Below are positions 57,701 through 64,000 of a stretch of DNA of 64,000 bases, piece by piece. Source of the DNA: Eledone cirrhosa. Lineage: Eukaryota. Below the pieces are notes generated by a model, which worked only from the letters and a program-made list of their open reading frames with translations, made no database searches and was not told the origin of the DNA. The number at the start of each line of letters is the position of its first letter. Position 1 is the stretch's first letter. The stretch spans positions 107,322,001-107,386,000 of the forward strand of contig OZ024744.1 in assembly GCA_964016885.1 (NCBI GenBank), given 5' to 3'. The position numbers and the translations under genes are program-made.

Positions 57701-59110
57701 GCAGTACAGTTGTCACCTACATAGTCAATCAGGTAATACAGGGTGGTGTCATACCTAATGACTGGTACAGCAGTACAATTGTCACCTACATAGTCAATCA
57801 GGTAATACAGGATGGTGTCACACCTAATGACTGGTACAGCAGTATAGTTGTCACCTACATAGTCAATCAGGTAATACAGGACAGTGTCATACCTAATGAC
57901 TGGTACAGCAGTATAATTGTCACCTACATAGTCAATCAGGTAATACAGGATGGTGTCATATCTAATGACTGGTACAGCAATACAGTTGTCACCTACATAG
58001 TCAATCAGGTAATACAGGGTGGTGTCATACCTAATGACTGGTACAGCAGTACAGTTGTCACCTACATAGTCAATCAGGTAATACAGGATGGTGTCACACC
58101 TAATGACTGGTACAGCAGTACAGTTGTCTCCTACATAGTCAATCAGGTAATACAGGGTGGTGTCATATCTAATGACTGGTACAGCAGTACAATTGCCACC
58201 TACATAGTCAATCAGGTAATACAGGGTGGTGTCATACCTAATGACTGGTACAGCAGTTCAATCATAAATTGCTACAAGGGCAAAGGTGATGCCCTAGAAA
58301 GGAGTAATTACAGAGGAATAAAACTAATGGACCAAGTTATATAACCAAGAGTTATAGTGCAGCTAATTAGGGAAAGAGTAAAATTAGATGAGATGTAATT
58401 TGGTTTCTTGCCTGGGAAAAGTACTACAGATGCTCTCTTCTTAGTGAGACAACTACAAGAGAAGTTCCTAGAAGTTCCAGGAATAAGTCACTATATTTAG
58501 CTTTTGTTGATCTAGAGAAGACCTATGACATAGTACGTCAATCTATTATCTGGTGGTCCTTAAGAAAATTAAGTGTAGAAGAATGGTTCATGAAAGCAGT
58601 GCAAGCCATGTACAGAGGAGCTGTAAGCAAAGTGATAGTAGGAAGTGAGTTTAGTGAGGAATTCAAGGTACAGGTAGGAGTTCATCAGGGTTTGGTTCTT
58701 AGTCCACTACTATTCATCATAGTTCTCCAGGCTATAACAGAGGAGTTTAAGACTGGCTACCCATGGGAACTTCGCTATGCAGATTATCTGGTTCATATAG
58801 CTGAATCCATAAATGAACTGGAAAATAAGTCCTGACTATGGAAACTGAATTTGTAATCAAAATGCCTGAGAGTAAACTTAGACAAAACTAAAGTGTAGGA
58901 GAGAAGATAGGACCCTCATTCCTTCAGGAATGTAGCCCTGCTTAATATGTAGAAAAGAAGTAGACATAAACTCCATACAATGTACACAATGTAATTCTTG
59001 GGTACACAAGAGATGTAGTGGGATAACGAGTAGATTAACACAAAAGGAAAACTTTGTAGATGGTGCACATGGGTAACCGATGGGAAGAGATTCAGTGATA
59101 TAAACCTGTT
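54785..59110 (+). pseudogene. Decayed RTE LINE containing an internal 69-bp tandem expansion
   Basis: VVGERCVRND...GKSAGSSEIVVEMIKA before the array; [21 protein letters not shown]...GVHQG...YADY after it. Confidence 0.9.
55231..58260 (+). repeat. 69-bp minisatellite, ~44 copies, in frame with the RTE ORF
   Basis: The unit encodes VTYIVNQVIQGGVIPNDWYSSTI (23 aa); higher-order repeat of 1378 bp. Confidence 0.96.
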
Positions 59111-59902
59111 TCAATTATAGAAGTCAAAGAAAGGAATAACCATGGCCTTCTCTTGGAACTTGTTCATCTTGGTACCTTCTTGGGGCTGGGAAAGGACACA
59201 TGCTTCCAGTGGGTACTCTGACATTTACGGTCAGCGATATAGGTGAACACCAAACTCTCGTCACTACTTTCTTCAGGAAACCAGAATCAGCCTGTATCAT
59301 ATGGAGATTGTCAGTGCATCATTCTATACAAATGGTGCATTCTATACAAATGGTGCAACACTGCTCCATGTTTCCCTGCATCTTGCCAAGTGTTGACATA
59401 TCAGAGAATCAGATCAAAGTAGTCCCACTATGTACACTACTGTGTTCCAACCTAGACGGATAGGAAGTTTCCAGTTAGTCACTTTATACATTATATGTAA
59501 GTCTACTTCCCCATGAAGCAGCATTCTAATTGAATATTTAATAGCGCTCCTGAAATTTTCTCATTACTTATTGAACTATATATATATATATATATATACA
59601 TATGAAACATACTATTAGGTGATCAATGTTGAATAACAGAAAATAAAAGCATACAAACAGGGGAGTAACTTCCATTAAAAATTGAGTAGAAAATTACATA
59701 TTACTACCATACGTATTTACCGACTCAAGAAATTAATACCGGTACAAATAATTATCATCTAAGTTATACATAAATATATAAGCGTGTGAGTTTGTGTGTG
59801 TGTTTGTGTGTGTGGGCAAATAGTAAACAGAAACAACAAAGCAAATAACACAGTACAATGAAGAAATATATGAGTTTAAAGCTTGATATGGGAGGGAAAG
59901 TG

Positions 59903-59938
59903 TCTTAACGTTTCAGACACTAGTCCTTCATCAGAAGA
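59903..59938 (-). ncRNA. Minimal hammerhead ribozyme (family 5) in pLTR ~59820-60030
   Basis: Reverse complement reads tctt CTGATGA a ggac-tagt-gtct GAAA cg TT aaga; palindromic aacgtt. Confidence 0.78.
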
Positions 59939-60117
59939 TAGATTGAGAAATAAAAGACGAAATAGAAAGACGGAGAGTGAGGAGAGGCAGAAATGGGAAA
60001 TAATTTTTGAGAAAAAGTATGTGTGCATTCAGTCATTTTAAAGAAATGCTGGTCAGTGAGTATCTTAGGTATTAGAGAGGTTTAGCAAGGGAGATAATCA
60101 TTGTATATTTTGAGTGG

Positions 60118-60160
<43 letters not shown>

Positions 60161-60473
60161 TGTGTGTGCATGTGTAGGTTTGTTCATTTGTTTGGGCAAA
60201 GGTTTGAAGAATGGCCGTTTGACCATGATGGGCAGAGCTTGTGAGCATGTCAAGGTGTGAGTGAGACTGCATGTGCAAACTGACCAACATAGAGAGGTGT
60301 ATAAACATGTATATAACATTTTTGCATATACATACATATATAGAAACAATCAGAAAGAGTTGTATCGAAATGGGGGCGAATATAATCATTGCTTTATATA
60401 TTTCATTTCGTAGTATGGCCATAAGAGAAGCTGCTTAACTTCTTGTGTGTATACATATATATATATATATATA

Positions 60474-61232
60474 TCATCATCATCATCACCGTTTAACGTC
60501 CATCTTCCACGCTTGCATGGGTTTGGACGGGAGTTTTCCCACTTGAGGCAAGAGTGGTTGTCTTGCTCGCATTGGACTGTCTGGCGTAGCAGCATCATCG
60601 TCAATTGTTACAAGGGAAAGGAGATGCCCCAGATAGAGGAAACTATAGAGGCATTAAGTTAGTTCACCAATTCATGAATGTCACAGAAAGAGTTATTGAA
60701 CAACTGATTAGAGACTGAATTGATCTAGATGAAATGCAGTTTGGGATTCTCTTTTCCTTGTATGGTAACTACAGGAGAAGTACCTAGCTAAAAGTAAAAC
60801 CCTCTACTTAGCTTTGGTTGACTTGGAGAAAGCTTTTGACTGAATCTTCCGCTCCATTTTCTGGTGGGCCCTTAGAAAACTATGAGTAGATGAATGGCTT
60901 TTTAAAGCTATACAAGCCATGTATAGAGAAACAGTCAGCAAGGTTAGAATTAACAATGAATATAGTGAAGAATTTAGCGTAAAGATAGGTGCACACCAAG
61001 GCTCCGTCCTTCACCCCCTCCTGTTTATTATTGTCCTACAGGCTATTACAGAAGAGTTTAAGACCGGCTGCCCATGGGAACTTCTATATGCAGATGATCT
61101 AACGCTCAGAGCTGAATCTATGGCTGAACTAGAGAAAAAGTTCCAAACATGGAAGCTTGGTCTTGAATCAAAAAGCCTTAGAGTTAACTTGTCTAAGACT
61201 AAAGTTCTAGTATGTAGAAAGGAGAATAGGGC
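60474..61232. mobile_element. RTE family A copy with inversion (tail on -, RT fragment on +)
   Basis: 60474-60586 is the reverse complement of the 3' tail; 60587-61232 is a sense-strand RT region (PWELLYADD). Confidence 0.85.
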
Positions 61233-61602
61233 ACCACACTACACTACACCAAACTACATCACATAACACCACACCACACTACCTCACACTACACTACAAC
61301 ACATTACAGCACACTACACTACGCTACACCACACTACACTACGCTACGCCACACCACACCACACCGCACTGCACCCCACCTCCACCCCACCACACTACAC
61401 TACAACACATTACACTACACCACACCACACTACATTACATCACACCACGCCACACCACATCACACTACACTACACCACACCACAACACATTACACTACAA
61501 CACATTACACTACACCACACCACACTACACTACACCACACCACACTACACTACACCACACCACACCACACTACATCACCCCACACCACACCCCACCACAC
61601 CA
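61233..61602. repeat. (CACTA/CACCA)n pentanucleotide repeat
   Basis: Seen directly. Confidence 0.93.
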
Positions 61603-62020
61603 CATGTTTGTAACTGCTCAATACAAATCTTGAGAAACTGGACTTCACAGGAACAGAAAGAACACAACTAGTTAGGAAATTACAAGTACAATCCATTAAT
61701 GGAACAGTAAAAATATGTAAAACATTCAAAAAATTCTGCATCTAATAACTGCATATACACATGTACAGATACAAAGCATATGCACATGCACACATACAAC
61801 TCAAAGCATACACATCCACACATACAATAACATCCATACCTGCACACACATGCATGCAGACAGACATACATATCTACCTGATGTGTAAATTCCAATGAGA
61901 GTCTTGTGTCTATGTTAGAAACCGACTCTCTATTGGTAAACATTTGTGAAATTATAAAACCAGAAGATACATACATACATACATACATACATACATACAT
62001 ACATAAATACATTCATACAT

Positions 62021-62618
62021 GGTGGCTGCCAACTCGTTTTCGAGTACGGCCACTACTTTATATCCATGTAGGAGAACCCCTACCGATGCGCTGAACGAGT
62101 GAGACTTTTTAGTCCAGCCAGTGACCTGAAAACTCTGGTACAAACACTACACTTTTGACAATTATTGACAGTGCTGGGCCCATGGTACCATGTGACGACA
62201 AGTGCAGAGAGATCTCCAGATATAAAGCAATGCCTGTGCCGTGAAGCTTTTATAGTGAGCAAAGGCACTGCACAAAGCCAGTCCCACTCTCTTAACCAAG
62301 ATGATATTTACCAAAAAGAAGAACAAGTCAACATCATTGGATACCATCAGGGTTGCAGGTGTTATATCAGTTTTCCTTCTCCTAGAATTCTGCCTTGACA
62401 AAGACTAAGGGGTCATCTCTCCCGGTGATTTTGGATGGCCATTGACTCTTAAGAGCTCCTTTGCCCTTTGACAGGTTTTGTTTTTAGTCCTGCAGGATGT
62501 CCAAAGTCACCCTCCTCACCAAGAAACTTTGGTGAGGTTGCCAGTTTAGTCGCCAACGACCCGACCATGGGACAGGTTGTACTGGGATACATGTTACCAG
62601 TAGCACCAACTGGTGACC
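62021..62618 (-). mobile_element. Non-autonomous RTE-derived element, independent copy 4
   Basis: Same ends as 2289-2925 but more diverged; flanked by (TACA)n. Confidence 0.72.
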
Positions 62619-62815
62619 ATTCATACATACATACATACATACATACACACACATACATACACACATACAAAGATACATACATTCATATATACACACATAC
62701 ATGCATACATACACACACACACACACACACGTGCATTTCCATACATATCTCTTCCAAACTGAATTCAGCTTATCTCATTGCAGGATTAACTCAGAGGAAA
62801 TTTAGGTTTTGTAAC

Positions 62816-62975
62816 TGATGATGGTGGTGGTGGTGGTAGCGATGGCGGTTGTGGTGGTGATGGTAGCGAAGGTGGTGGTGTAGTGGTGGTGTAGTGGTGG
62901 TGATGGTGATGGTGATGGTGGTGGTGACAGTGGTGCTGCTGCTGATTATTATGGTGGTAGTGGTGCTGGTTATGG

Positions 62976-63006
<31 letters not shown>

Positions 63007-63270
63007 GGTGGTGGTGATGGCAGCGATGGTGGTGGTGGTGGTGTAGTGGTGGTGTAGTGGTGGTGATGGTGATAGTGGTGGTGACAGTGGTGCTGCTGCT
63101 GCTGATTATTATTATGGTGGTAGTGGTGCTGGTTATGGTGATGGTGGTGGTGGTGGTGGTGGTGGTGGTGGTGGTGGTGGTGATGGTGCTGGTTACGATG
63201 GTGGTGGTGGTGGTGATGGTGACAATGACAATAGTGATAACACTACTGAAAATGTCAATGATGATGATGG
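62816..63270. repeat. (GGT/GAT)n trinucleotide repeat
   Basis: Seen directly. Confidence 0.95.
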
Positions 63271-63499
63271 TTAAAATATCTGCTTCCATCAACTGTAGAA
63301 GGTAAAATGGTTAATGAAACTCATACGATAGCCAATATGAAGTTCTTTATTATTTCTCTTTGAAAAGAAGCTTTGTTATCAGAAGATACCGAGTGTCAAT
63401 TCCTGCAACATCTGCTAATACTCTATCTTACAGCTTCTCTTTGAAACTGAATTTAACATACATAACGATATACATACATATATACATACACATATAAAT

Positions 63500-63829
63500 A
63501 AGTTCATACATACATACATATATATGTACGTTCATATATGCATACATCCATACATACATACATATATATGTACGTTCATATATACATACATCCATACATA
63601 CATACATATATATGTACGTTCATATATACATACATCCATACATACATATATATGTACGTTCATATATACATACATCCATACATACATACATATATATGTA
63701 CGTTCATATATACATCCATACATACATACATATATATGTACGTTCATATATACATACATACATACATACATATATATGTACGTTCATATATACATACATA
63801 CATACATACATATATATGTACGTTCATAT

Positions 63830-63861
<32 letters not shown>

Positions 63862-64000
63862 GTATGTACGTTCATATATACATACATACATACATACATA
63901 TATATGTATGTACGTTCATATATACATACATCCATACATATATATGTACGTTCATATATACATACATCCATACATACATACATATATATGTACGTTCATA
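63500..64000. repeat. ~35-50 bp minisatellite built on tatgtacgttcatata(taca)n
   Basis: The motif gtacgttcatat recurs about 12 times with variable TACA spacers. Confidence 0.9.

Noticed and set aside
41101-58260. Tandem arrays (95 bp and 69 bp) as CRISPR
   Set aside because: No unique spacers, no cas genes, eukaryotic context, and both units trace to retroelements.
62786-63305. His/Thr/Val-rich ORFs
   Set aside because: Translation of (GGT/GAT)n repeats.

Overview
This is eukaryotic, repeat-saturated, gene-free DNA; the repeat families resemble those of octopod cephalopods (inference). No host gene, rRNA, true tRNA or CRISPR array is supported, and almost all long ORFs in the track are (TA)n/(TACA)n translation artefacts. 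The window is a scaffold of kb-long TA/CA microsatellite arrays carrying many insertions. These include RTE-clade LINEs from at least three families, one of them near full length with an open ~1037-aa APE-RT-PHD-like ORF at 30405-33518 (-). There are also Penelope-like elements (RT + GIY-YIG) and their pLTRs, an RLE-type non-LTR fragment, tRNA-headed CORE-like SINEs, a Tc1/mariner-type MITE and a non-autonomous Helitron. By-eye folding finds about 17 minimal type-I hammerhead ribozymes from six unrelated pLTR families, with compensatory changes, palindromic stem III and a U3-A8 core variant; many sit in ORF-less inverted-repeat cassettes. Two satellites are visibly born from retroelements: a 95-bp structured unit from a SINE tail and a 69-bp in-frame unit from an RTE ORF. 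All structures were read manually and need computational and experimental confirmation.
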